Below are positions 39,457 to 58,283 of a stretch of 64,000 bases of DNA, one piece after another. Numbering within the stretch: position 1 is the first letter of the stretch; each line of letters opens with the position of its first letter. The notes under the pieces were generated by a model. That model ran no database searches. It was given only the letters and a program-made list of their open reading frames with translations, and had not been told where the DNA came from. The DNA is from Paraspadella gotoi (Eukaryota > Animalia > Chaetognatha): NCBI GenBank assembly GCA_051294375.1, contig CM119265.1, positions 10,619,042 to 10,683,041 on the forward strand. The letters run 5' to 3'. The position numbers were made by a program, and so were the translations under genes.

Positions 39457-40928
39457 AGTCTCTCGTCTCTCGTCTCTCGTCTCTCGTCTCTCGTCTCTCG
39501 TCTTTCTCTTTTTCTCACAAGTTTTTTTTTTCCAATTCGTACAACTTGAGTTACCCTCATTTTTCTTTAAACGAAAACATACTTTTTTTTAATTACCAAT
39601 TTTTTAATCGGTTTTTTTTTTTTATATTTTATTCTCCACCTGCTTTATTGAATCTTTTTTGAACGGTTAAACTTTTTTCGTTAAACATAACATAACATAA
39701 CATAACGTACAATAAAATTCGATTTTCCGGCATTAGAAATAAATAAATTAAAACATCAATTTTGAGCGCTAATTAAAACCCAGGCTCTAATTAAAAATTT
39801 AGTAATAAGAAAAAAATACCGGGTGGCTAATGAGCGTCGCTTGGCATTGTTAGCGTGAAATTAACGTTCGGCGACGACGACGACATGGATGACAAAAAAA
39901 GTCAATAAAGAATTTTCATGACGCGTCCTTCATTATTTAATCCATCTTTCCTTATTTATCGGTTTTCTTCGAAGGATTAAGTTCTTTTGTTCTCTTTCGA
40001 AGGGCGCCGGTTCAAATCTTGTCGCAAACGCTTTTTTCCTCCCAGGATCTATTTTTAGTCCACTGGGAACGCTTGGTCGGAGAAACTTGGTAGGAGAAGC
40101 TTGGCAGTGGCTTGGCTGTTGATATATACGCTAGGTTGGAAAAAGACGACCTTGTATCGCGGTAGGAAAGGACGGCCTTCAACAAATGGCGGCGAGAGAA
40201 GAAGGGAAGTGGTCGGAGAATGATTTTGATAACTGGAGCGAGCTTAATGAACACCGGAGCGACGTTGGATCGGATGTCTTTGAAAACTGACTCCAATGGT
40301 TTCCAGCTGGAGCAATTTCCTTCTCCGTCCGATTTGGGTTCAAACGACGAAACGAGAGAAGAAAACAAACGACGTCAACGACAAAAAAAAAAAAAAAAAA
40401 ACCCTCGACCTTTTGATGGCGCCCTGAAGAGGGCGACGTTTGTTGTCTCTGAACAAAAGAACAGTTTAATACGAAAAGAAGCCGAAGAAGACGTAATGCG
40501 ATTAAAAGCGATCCGGGGGAGGGAGGAGGTCATTCCTTATTGGATGGCAATAAAACTTATGGCCAACAAAAAAAAATGGGAAGGGAAGAAAAGAAAGATA
40601 AAAAGAAAAGAGAGAATGCAAGATGGCGACAGTTCTCTCTCTCTCTCTCTTTTGCTCTCTCTCTCTCAACGCGTTTTCGGTTTTTCACTTTCTGTTTTTA
40701 AAGATCTCCTTTCGAATTCTCGTCAAAAGATTTTCTCAGCTCTTGAGTTGCGAATCTTGGGGGAGAAGGGAGGCGGGACGAGGGTTGGATCGCTCTCTCT
40801 TCTCTCTCTCTCTCTCTCTTCTCTCTCTACTCTCTCTCTGCTCTCTCTCTCTCCTCTCTTCTCTCTCGCGGTCCTTTGACTTTTGCAGAGCTAACGACCA
40901 TAGAAAAAAATACCCATGAAAGAAACGA

Positions 40929-40999
<71 letters not shown>

Positions 41000-41824
41000 C
41001 TCTCCCACTCTTTTCTTCGGTCCGATGGTTACAAAATCCTATTTACACGGCCGCTTTTCTCTCGGCAACTCCAGACTCCTATAATCTCAACTGTCGCTTT
41101 TTTGCGCTCCCACGCTTTCGAGGCGTTTCTGCTCCACGCCCCCAAACTGCCTCCACGTTGACGAAACGAAAACAAATCATCTGTAGCTTGGGTAAATGTC
41201 TGTCCGTCCGTCTATTACAGATGACGCCTGGAGAACAGTCCGTCTCATTTCCCAAAGGCGTAGTTAGCAATCTTGGAAGCTCAAGAAATCGAAATTTATG
41301 GCGAACCGAATTTCCTCAGAACTACAACCAAAATGCCGTCAAGTTTGCTGAATGTTTAGTATCTGATACTGTCAGGACATTCAACGTTCGGTATCCAAAT
41401 TTTGCTTTCGTCTTCATCGTTTGTCTGGAATCGCCTTACAATATCAGAACGCCTATCTCTTTTCGTTTACGTCAACGGTTCATGTAATAACAAAAGTGGC
41501 TTCTTCTTCTTTTGAGCGTTCGATATCTTTCGACGGATTCCTTCTTTCCATGTAATTTACAATGTTCAATGTATCTGAGATTTAAATAATAAACATTCGC
41601 TAACCGATTACTTCGAAGACGCGAAAGCTCGGAACGAAGGTCACCGGAATATCGCGGAAGTTGGAAACGGTCCATTGATTTACTGGTTATATATTCTTTA
41701 TTTATCTTTATTGATTATAATTTAATGTAAATGAAGTATGTTTATTCAAATCAAGAAAATGAGATCGATATATACAAGAATTCATAATAATCACAATCAT
41801 TATAGTAAATATTATAGGAAAAAT

Positions 41825-42180
41825 ATGAAATAGGTAAAACCAATATAAAAGTTATCCATTCATTTAATAAATAATATATAAGCTATAAGCCTCCATCACT
41901 CTTACAAGATAATGACATAGCAGGTCCCTGCAAGCTTTCATTCAAGACTCTCTCACAGTCTCCTTTATTCACTCCCAGAGTACCTGGCTTCCCTATCAAT
42001 GAAGTAGTATAATATTTCAATTGTATGAAAAGACCACTCCCTTAAGTATTAGATGGGGGAATACTATATTGTACTCCGCCCAGCATCAAAATACAAGGAG
42101 CTGAATTTTATGAAATTGGTACAACGAATATAAAAGTTATCCATTCATTTAATAAATAAGTTATCTTGCCCCTGACTTTG
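41825..42180. repeat. Dispersed repeat family copy (slightly more than one unit)
   Basis: Matches 29760-30122. The TGAAATTGGTACAAC start motif reappears at about 42110, indicating a head-to-tail or terminally redundant structure. Confidence 0.8.
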
Positions 42181-42921
42181 TACAAGAGAACTCAATAAAT
42201 TTCATGAACAAAATTTTATTAAAAATGTATTTTCTTTTATAGAAGATGGTAAATAAGATAAAAAGATAAATAGATAGACCAACCGACCGACCGAAAAGTG
42301 ACTTAAAAAGATTTGCTCTGCGAGTGCTCGCGAAAACGTCGTGAAAGGTCTCCACGACAATCTACTCGTTGGGCTTCGTCTCTTCTCTCCTTTTTCCTTC
42401 TTTACGCTTGATTTCTTGTTCTCTGGATTTACATTTGTTCAACGTCTTTTTTATCTTTTTCAGATACGTTTTTAAATCCTTTTTTCTTATCTCTTTATTT
42501 TGTACTTTCCAACTTTTTCGAACTGGTGGTCAATTGTCAATCTCTGGTTCAGTTGTTCATTTCATCCATAGCGAACGAATTTGACGTTTCCTTCCTAAAA
42601 TTTGAATTGTCACCTATATTTGTCTGCAGGTGTTTTGACTAAATTTGATAATAAGGAGTAACCAGTGGCTGCGCCAATTCATGTAAATCGCTTTCAAGGG
42701 CTTAAACTGAACTGTTACTGCGGCATTAATAATATTTTTTTAACTTGTATATTTTTTAAAATGCTGTTAATAAGAAAAGAAAAAACCTCCTAGTAGGAAA
42801 GGGGAGATGACGGGAAAAAAATGACGGACGAAAAAAAATGACCAAAATTCAAGGGCAAAGTAAAGAAGCTGAAGCGATTTACAATTTTCAGATGTTAAAT
42901 GAATTTCTCAGTTACATATTA

Positions 42922-43465
42922 GGGCATTTAAAAATAACAAAATATAACAAAATAGGTACATAGCTATTTTAGTGTAGTTTCATCTTCTTTGTCGATTTTT
43001 GCAGCATATAAGGTATAATTCAAATGCAACAAACGTTGTAGAGTATAAGAAACTCAAATTATTTTGGAATAAAAATTATATTTTCTTATATAAACTTTTT
43101 GCAAGAATACAAATCCAGGAAAAAAATTTTGAAATTATTATTATTATTAACCTAATTTTTACTAATAATTATTAATAAATATAGTTAAATAACCTTTTAT
43201 AAAATAAAAAAATTAAAAATAAACTTACCAAAATATTTATATAAATCTTTATTTTTATATTTCAAAAGCTCATGTAAATTTTATAAAATTTTAATAATTT
43301 GATTTATCATAACTTATAATTGTTTTTCTTTTTTTAGGACAATTTTATATACAAGATAAAATCATACCAAAAATGGTCATCACCATCGAATTCTACAGAC
43401 TTGTTTACACTAAAATAGCTATGTACCTTATTCGATTTGTTATATTTTGTTATTTTTAAACGCCC
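42922..43465. mobile_element. MITE with about 55-bp imperfect TIRs
   Basis: TA|GGGCATTTAAAAATAACAAAATATAACAAAATAGGTACATAGCTATTTTAGTGTA ... TACACTAAAATAGCTATGTACCT...TTTGTTATATTTTGTTATTTTTAAACGCCC|TA, with an AT-rich non-coding interior. Confidence 0.75.
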
Positions 43466-43953
43466 TATTACATATGCTAGACCTACACAAAGTACATATT
43501 ATATATATACTAAATAGCACTTGAATGACTCTATTGACTCTTTCTTCACGAATTTTTTTCTTAAATTCAGAAAAAAAAAGATGGCGTAAATTTTGTTATA
43601 CCTTTGAATAAGCAAATTTAGTGCATTAAGTCTCAATTCATGTTTTATTATTTGAATCCTTTTACTTCAAATTTTCTGCTCAACGCTTTGGTAAGAATTA
43701 TTGGGTTATTTCTTTCGTTATTAAATTCCCTAAATTCGAAAAAAAGAACACTAATTTCTTAATTTAAACTAAAAGGATTTTCGACAAAAGAAAATATTTG
43801 TAAGACAGGTAGTATGTTAAAATTTAAATAAATAAATACTAAAGAATAAACTATTTATCTTGTAGTAAAAAGTGCAAGAAATGATTTCACAATGATGCTA
43901 ACTTTTTTTAATAATACAAATCAGAGTATTTTTAGCGTAATTTTAATAAAATA

Positions 43954-44541
43954 AGTTTGAGCAAACAATGTCGGATCTGCCCACGATCATTATCGGTAAT
44001 TAATTAATTAATAATTAAATAATTAAAGTTAATTAATTAATAAATTAGGCAATTAATTAATTAATTTGATCCGAAATGTTTGTTTTTAGTTCTTTTCGTT
44101 ACTAACCACGACAAAAGCAATGACAACGATGAGAATAATGCCGATAACAATTGACTTGATTGATTGACTGATTAATTAATTATTGATTAATTAATTGACA
44201 TTAATTAATACATCTTGCATTTATATTTAATATAAAAAGAAAAAGAAGGATAATCAATTAGTTAAACCTTTTTTTATTGTTTTTTTCATTTAAACACATT
44301 TCTACTCAAACGATTACATCGAAACTTTTCTACCCACATACAAAATTTCAGGTCAATCACCCTCATCCACTCACGAGCAATTGGAGTCCAAATAGTGAAA
44401 TATATTTTTTGGTTTTTTCCATTTAAACTCATTTACACTCAGACGATTCCATCAAAACTTCATATCCAGCTCAATCACACCCTTCCCTACACACACACAA
44501 AATTTTAGAGTCGGGATCTGCTGATTTAAGCAGATCCGACT
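43954..44541 (-). mobile_element. HINE/DINE-1-like element
   Basis: Both termini are intact (AGTTTGAGCAAACAATGTCGGATCTGC ... AGTCGGGATCTGCTGATTTAAGCAGATCCGACT), with A-rich flanks and two core units. Confidence 0.75.
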
Positions 44542-44714
44542 AAAAATCTAATTATTTAAGTGCTTAACCATTTAGAATTTCATCGCATCTATGACTATGA
44601 TTCATGTTGAATTGATTCCCTTTTGTTTGGAGTAAAGCATCGGTCCTTTTGTTTCGCGACGATTGACGTCTGCGCCGCGACGCGTCTCTCGTCGCGTCGT
44701 CGCGTCGCCTCGGC

Positions 44715-44768
<54 letters not shown>

Positions 44769-46102
44769 ACGAGGATATCTGTGTTTTCACTCGCAAAGCA
44801 AAATGAATCTACTCTTCTTTCTCCTATTTTTTTCCACGAAATCATTTTTTGATCTTCGTTAAAATCCAAATCGGGGAAAATTAATGGTGCTTTGGTATTT
44901 TAGTTGTTGTTGTTGTCGTTGTTGTGAACCAAAATATTTAAAAAAAAAACTTTTGATCAAACGTCACTTGAATTCGGCTGCTGCTGCTGCTTCAACCGCT
45001 ACTGCTGGTGCTGCGCGCACTGGATTTAATTTCGACTCATCACTTTCACGTTTTTGCCATCGAAATTAAAAAAAAAGGAAAAAAAAAACTATTTGACGCG
45101 GGACCCGATCGCCATTTTTAATATTTTCGAGCGAATTTCATTTTTTCATTTTTCTCCCACGAGATTCCATGTTAAATTTTTTTTTAATGCTGCGCTGTCA
45201 TTCCCAGACTTTTTTTTTGCAAAGAGAGACAGAAAAATGGAACGAACTATGATAATAACTTTCGCGCGGAATAATTTCTCTCCATATATCATTTATCTCG
45301 AAAGTTTGAAACAAAAAAAGGAACTTTTTCCACTTTCTCCCTATTTCTTTCTTTATTCTGGAATTTTTTTCGTCTGCTATAAATACATTACAATTTTAAT
45401 TTTGACACTTTCAAGTTTTTTAAAAGATAAACAAAAATAACGATGATTTAAACGAATTATAAATTTAAAAATACTTGTGTTGTAAGTGAAATTTTTAACC
45501 GTCTCTCTTCCATTGTGTTATTATCTTTTCACGTCATTCAAAAATTGATTTCATTCATTAACTTGACAGAATTGCGAATATACGCTTCTACCATGTGACC
45601 GGCCAACCTAAGGAAACAAGTCATTAAGAAGCCTCGCCAATTAAACAAAGAACATCGTTGGTCTTTTTGCAAAAAAATTCCATCTCCCTTAAAAACGAAT
45701 AAATATACGACGTAAAAATGACTTTTAGTGATAACAACTAACTTTCTCCTCGACGCGACGTCGGCAGCATATATACTTTTTCTCTTGTATAATTTTTTTA
45801 ACGTCATTACAACCGCGTCTCTCTCTCTTCCGCGCCGGAGCTCGACGTCCCGTCACGTTTTCCCCTGTCCCCTCCTCCTCTCCGTCGCGACGTCGGCTTC
45901 GCTCGCCATCTGTCGGCCGTCGGCGAAAAACCCACGCCAACGCCTCGATTCCGTCGCGCGTCAAGTGGAAAAAAACAAAACAACAACCGACGAAAACAAA
46001 AAATCCGCAAAAAAGACGGGAACAATCTGCCTTCGATAGAGACAGAAAAAAAAAAAAATCTAGACGGAATAAGTAATAAAAACCAATAAAAAACCAACAA
46101 AA

Positions 46103-51969
<5,867 letters not shown>

Positions 51970-53240
51970 GTGAAACGACGACGACGACGACGCAGACGGT
52001 TTTTATCTTATCACATTCGATTTTCTTTTTTCCACCCCCCCACCGCCTTCCCATGTTTTTTTTCCTCCTTTTTTTTTTCAACGCTAGCCCAGGCTGTCGT
52101 CTGCTTTTCATTTTCTCCCCTTTTTAAACCGCAAATGCAACCTCCATCTGTCAAGCGTCGTTGTCAATCCATTCTCCTTTTCGCTCCTTTTTCTTTTTTT
52201 TTTCTTTAATCCGATCTTTATTCTCTCCTTTTTCATGCTCAGAGACAACAGGCCGTCTTTTATTCAGCGCTCTCGTTTTCACTCTTCGTCTGCTCTTCTC
52301 AATAGTTTATAACTCTCTTCTTATTCGTTACAAGTTTAAACCTACACAAAAAACAAACCCCCCGTGTTTTTTATCGAACTGAGGCATTGACGCGGCTTCC
52401 CTCGTCGAATCTTTTCTTTTCCTTGCTTTTAATAATCTTTTTTTTTTACCTTTTGTTTACTTTCGCACGAGGTCGTTTTAAAAAACAAACGGTACCTCGA
52501 CTAGATTCTTGACGGCCGTTACTACTGAGTTGTTCTTTCTGCGAATCTATTTTTTTTCTCCTTCCTCTTCTTAGCGATTTCCTCTAAGCTCTTTCAATAA
52601 CCCCGAGCCCTCAGTTCCTCCCTCTCTTATTTTTTTTTCTCACTTTGTCCTCGCGGACGCATTTAACTATTTTCTGGAGATTTTATGTGATTGAGACCCA
52701 CGAGCTCCCGTGCGTAATCGGTGAGGGAAGTGGGAAAGTTACTGGGATGGGAGGATTTTGTGGTCTCTTAGTTTGTTTGGGACCCTTGAAGTGAATGAAC
52801 TGGAATGGAAAAAAAAAATTGTCGCGGTTGGAAAGGTCGGGTTATTTTTATCAAATTTTTTTTTGCTAATAAATAAGTTTTAATAAATAATATGATCTCT
52901 CTAGATTAAATTAAAAAAAGTATTTTTCGATAGTATAAAATTATTCAATGCAGTACAAATACTTCCAAAGATTTTTTGGACTTATTTTTATACATTCGCG
53001 CAGACCGGGGATTTTTATACGATCGGTTATTTTTTTTTGTTTGCTTTTTATGAATCGATGTATAAAAATCTCATCTACTGCCAAAAATAAAAAGGACACT
53101 GGTAAGGGTAGAAAAACTGATTATAACAAATCCCTAAACACACCTAACCTAACCACTCCCTCAATCCCAAACCAACCATATTGCTAATACTCGTTAAAAA
53201 ATATAATTTAAAAATATTGTTTTTTTTCCTTGTTTGTTTA

Positions 53241-53472
53241 AGTTTTATGAAGAAACAATTTCGGAACATGTTCGGCTTCAATGTAAGACCTTCATCAGCG
53301 TAAAAACGAATTGATTTTGTAAAACAAATATTTTTACAAATTTTGAAGTTTGAAGAAAGAAGAGAAGTAAGAGAAAGAGCTATAAATATTTGTTTTACAA
53401 TCTGTTTTTGCTCTGATAAAAGCTTACATTGAAGCTAAAACATTGTCTGAAATTATGTTTCTTCATAAAACT
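53241..53472. mobile_element. Inverted pair of hammerhead-like motifs (Penelope-like remnant)
   Basis: The minus strand at 53301-53262 reads ACG-CTGATGA-AGGTCTTACATTGAAGCC-GAA-CATGTT. The plus strand at 53413-53447 reads CTGATAA-AAGCTTACATTGAAGCT-AAAA-CATTGTC. The outer flanks AGTTTTATGAAGAAACA / TGTTTCTTCATAAAACT are inverted. Confidence 0.55.
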
Positions 53473-56400
53473 CGTACGTAAACATTTCATTTTCTACCTC
53501 AAACATAAATAGCAATTAAAATAATTTTAAAAAACAAATTATTATTTTATTATAAAATTTAATATTACTGAACAAAAAAAAACGTATATTTTTTACACAA
53601 CTGAGACTCGACGCTAGAAGGAAAACAAAATTAAATGAATTACAAGCACCGACCGGTGGTAATCTAAGAGATGGGTTGCGNNNNNNNNNNNNNNNNNNNN
53701 NNNNNTAAAAGTTATCCATTCATTTAATAGAATAATATATAAGCTATAAGCCTCCATCACTCTTACAAGATAATGACATAGCAGGTCCCTTGCAAGCTTT
53801 CATTCCAAGACTCTCTCACAGTTCCTTTATTTCACTCCCAGAGTACCTGCTTCCCTATCAATGAGCAGTAGTGTTCTATAATATTTCAATTGTATGCAAA
53901 AGACCAGCTCCCTTAAGTATTAACACTGGGGGATACATATTGTACTCAGCCCCCAGCATCAAATACAAGGAGCTGCAATTTATGAAATTGGTACAAAACC
54001 GAATATACAAGCCTATCTCCATTCATTTAATAAACACATCTAAGTAACACTTCCACCCTGACTTTGTTACAAGAGAACTCATCGAAATCATGAACACAAA
54101 TTTTTATTAAAAAATGTATTTTTCTTTATAGAAAAGATGGTAAATAAGATTAAAAAGATAAATTAGATAGACCAACCGACGACCGAAAAGTACTTTAAAA
54201 AGATTTTGCTCTGCACAGTGCTCGCGAAAAACGTCGTGAAAGGGTCCTCCACGACAATCCTACTTTGGGTTCGCTCTCTTCTCTTCCTTTTTCATCTTCT
54301 TTTACGCTTGATTCTCTTGTTTCTCTGGATTACATGGTTCAACGTCTTTTTATCTTTTTCAGATACGTTTTTAAATCCTTTTTTCTTATTCTTATTTTGT
54401 ACTTTCCACACTTTCTCGAATGGTCGGTCAATTATCAATCTCTGGTTCAGTTGTTTCACTTTCATCCCAATAGCGAACGAATTTCGACGTTTCCTTCCTA
54501 AAATATTGACATTGTCACCTATCATTGTCTGCAGCGTGTTTTGACTAAATTATATAATAAGGAGTAACCAGTTGGCGCGCCAATTCATGTAAAATCGCTT
54601 TTCAAGGGCTCTTTAAACCTGAACTCGTACTGCACCGCCATTACCATAATATTTTCTTAACTTGTCATATTTTTTAAAATGCTGTTAATAAGAAAGAAAA
54701 AACTCTATAGGAAAAGGCAGAGCATGACGGGAAAAAAAATTGCACCGGCACGAAAAAACAATCGAACCAGAAAACTTCAAAGGGCAAAGTAAGAAGCTGA
54801 TGCGATTACAAATTTTCAATGTTAATAATTTCTCAGTCACATATTATGGGCAGTTTAAAATAAACAAAATTATAACACAAAATAGGTACACTACGCTATT
54901 TTGAGTTTATATAGTTTCATCTTCTTTGTCGATTTTTGCAGCATATACGGCTATAATTTCCAAATGCAACAAACCGTTTGTAGAGTATAAGAAACTCATA
55001 AATTATTTATGGAATTAAAAAATTATATCTTTCAATTCTATAATACAACTTTATGAAGATACAAACATCCAGGAAAAAAATTTTGAAATCATTATTATTA
55101 TGTACACCTAATCCTCTTACCTAATAATTATTAATAAATAAGTTAAATAACCTTTATAAAATAAAAAAAATTAAAAATAAACTATACCAAAAATTCTATA
55201 TAACATCTTATTTTATATTCAAAAGCTCATGTGTAAATTTTATAAATCTGTTAACTAATTTGATTGTATACATATACTTATAATTGTTTTTCTTTTTTTA
55301 GGGACCAATTTATAACAAGATAAATCATTACAATAATATGTCATGCCACATCGAATTCTACAGACTTGTTTACGACATCAAAAAATAGCCTATGTAGCCT
55401 TGATCTCGTATTGTTATATTTTGTTTATATTTAAACGCCCTTAATACATATGTAGACCTACAAAAGTACCATTATTAGCTAATAACTCATACTAAACAGC
55501 ACTTGCAATGACCTCTATCTGACTCTTTCGTTCAACGAAGATTTTTTTCTTAAAATTCAGAAAAAAAAAACGATGGGTTCGTAAACTTTTGTTATACCTT
55601 TGAATAAGCAAATTTAGTTTGCATTAAGTCTCAAATCAGTTTTCATATTATTGAATCCTTATTACTTCAACATTTTCTGCTCAACGCTTTGGATTAAGAA
55701 TTATTGGGTGTATTTCTTTCGTAATTAAATCCCTAAATTTCGAAAAAACAAGACACTAAAAGTTCTCTAATTTAAACTAAAAGGAATTTCTCGACAAAAG
55801 ATAATATTTGTAAGACAGGCTAGTATCTCTTTAAAATTTAAATAAATAAAACATATACAGACATAAACTATTTATCTACCATGTAGTAAAAAGTGCAAGA
55901 AACTTATTTCACAATGATCGCTAACTTTTTTTAAAATACAAATCAGATATTTTAGGCGTAATTTTAATAAAAAAAGTTTGAGCAAACAATTTCGGAATCT
56001 GCCCACGATCATTATCGGTAATTACATTAATTAATAATTCAAAATAATTAAAGTAATTAACTTAATAAAATTAGGAATTGAAATTAATTAATTTGATCCG
56101 AACATGTTTGTCTTTTATCTTATCGTTTCACTAACCACGACAAAGCAATGAACAAACGATGGAGAATAATCGCCGTAACAACTGCACTTGATTGATTGAC
56201 CCTGATTAATAAATTAACTTGATTAATTAATTGACATCTACATTAATACATCCTGTACGCATGTTATATTAATATAAAAAAGAAACAAGAAGGATAATCA
56301 ATTAGTTAAACCTTTTTTTTATTGTTTTTTCAAAATTTAAACCACATTTCTACTCAAACGATTACATCCGCAAAAATTTCTACCCAACATACAAATTGTA

Positions 56401-56802
56401 ATTCAGTCAATCACCCTCATCCACTTCACGAGCAATTGGAGTCCAAATAGAATGAAATATATTTTTTGGTTTTTTCCAATTTAAACTCACTGTACACTCA
56501 GACGATTCCATCAAAACTTCATATCCAGACTCAATCACACCCTTCCCTACACAGCACCACAAAATTTTAGAGTCGGGAATCTGCTGATTTAGAGATATCC
56601 GCTAAAGAGAATCTAGAGTAGTGGAGAGGTGGGCGTGTAAGCCATTTAGGAATTTCATCGCAAATCATGAGACTTGATTTCATGTTGAATTGATTCCCTT
56701 TTGTTTTGGAGTAAAAGCATCGAGTCCTTTTGTTTCGCGACGATTGACGTTCTGCGCCGCTGACGCGTCTCTCGTCGCCGTCGTTCGCGTCGCCTCGGCT
56801 CT

Positions 56803-56835
<33 letters not shown>

Positions 56836-56838
56836 ATC

Positions 56839-56869
<31 letters not shown>

Positions 56870-58283
56870 ACTCTCCTCAATACGAGCATATCTGTGTTTC
56901 ACTCCGCAAAGCAAAATGGAATGCTACTGCTTCTTTCTTCCGTAGTTTTTGTCCACGAAATCAATTGTTTTGATCTTCGTTAAAATCCAAATCGGGGAAA
57001 ACTGAATGGTGCTTTGGTATTTTGTTGTTGTTGTTGTCGTTGTTTGTGAACCAAAATTTTTAAAAAAAACTTGATCAAACCGTCAACTTGACATTCGGCT
57101 GCTAGGCTGCTGCTTCCAACCCGCATACCTGCTGGTGCTGCCGCGGCCCTGGATTTAATTTCGACTCATCACTCCCTTCACGTTTTTTGCCATTCGAAAT
57201 TTAAAAAATAAACGAAAAAAAAACTTATTTGACGCGGAGACCCGATTCCGCATTTTTAATATTTTCGAGCGAATTTCATTTTTCATTTTTCTCCCACGAA
57301 GATTCCATAGTTAAATTTTTTCATTTCAATAGCTGCGCTTGTGTCATTCCCAGACTTTTTTTTTGCAAAGAGAGACCAGAAAAATTGAGACAACTATAGA
57401 TAATAACTTTCGCGCGGAATAATTTCTTCTCCCATATATCATTTATCTCGAAAGTCGAAACAAAAAAAGAACTTTTTCCATTTCTCGCCTATTTCCTTGC
57501 TTTATCTCTGGAATTTTTTTTCGTCTGCATATAAATACATTACAATTTTAATCTTGACACTTTCAAGTTTTTTAAAAAGATAATATAAAAAGCGATTGTT
57601 TAACGAATTATAAATTTAAAAATCAACTTGTGTGTAGTGAAATTTAACCCGTCCTGCTCTTCCATTGTGTTATTATCTTTTCACGTCATTCAAAAATTGA
57701 TTCATTCATTAAAACTTGACGAGCAATTGCGAATATACGCTTCTACCATGTGACCGGACTACCAACCTAAGGAAACAAGTCATTAGAAGACCTACAGCCA
57801 ATTTAAACAAAGAAACATCGTCTGGTCTTTTTGCCAAAAAAAATCGCATCTCCTTAAAAACGAATAAATATACGGAGCCGGTAAAAAAATGATTTTAGTG
57901 ATAACAACTAACCTTCTCCTCGACGCGACGCTACCAGCATATATACTTTTTCTCTTGCTATAATTTTTCTAACTCATTACAACCGCGCGTCTCTTCTCTC
58001 TTCCGCGCCGGAGCTCGACGTCCCGTCACGTTTTTCCCCTGTCCCCTCCTCCTTTCCCGTCGCGACGGTGCGGCTTCAGCTCGCCAATCTGTCGGCCGTC
58101 CGGCGAACAAAACCCACGCCAACGCCTCGATTCCGTCGCGCGTCAAGTGGAAAAAAACAAAACAACAACCGACGAAAACAAAAAATCCGCAAAAAAGACG
58201 GAACAATCGCCTCCGATAAGACAGAAAAAAAAAAAAAATCTAAGACGGAATAAGTAAATAAAAACCAATAAAAAACCAACAAA

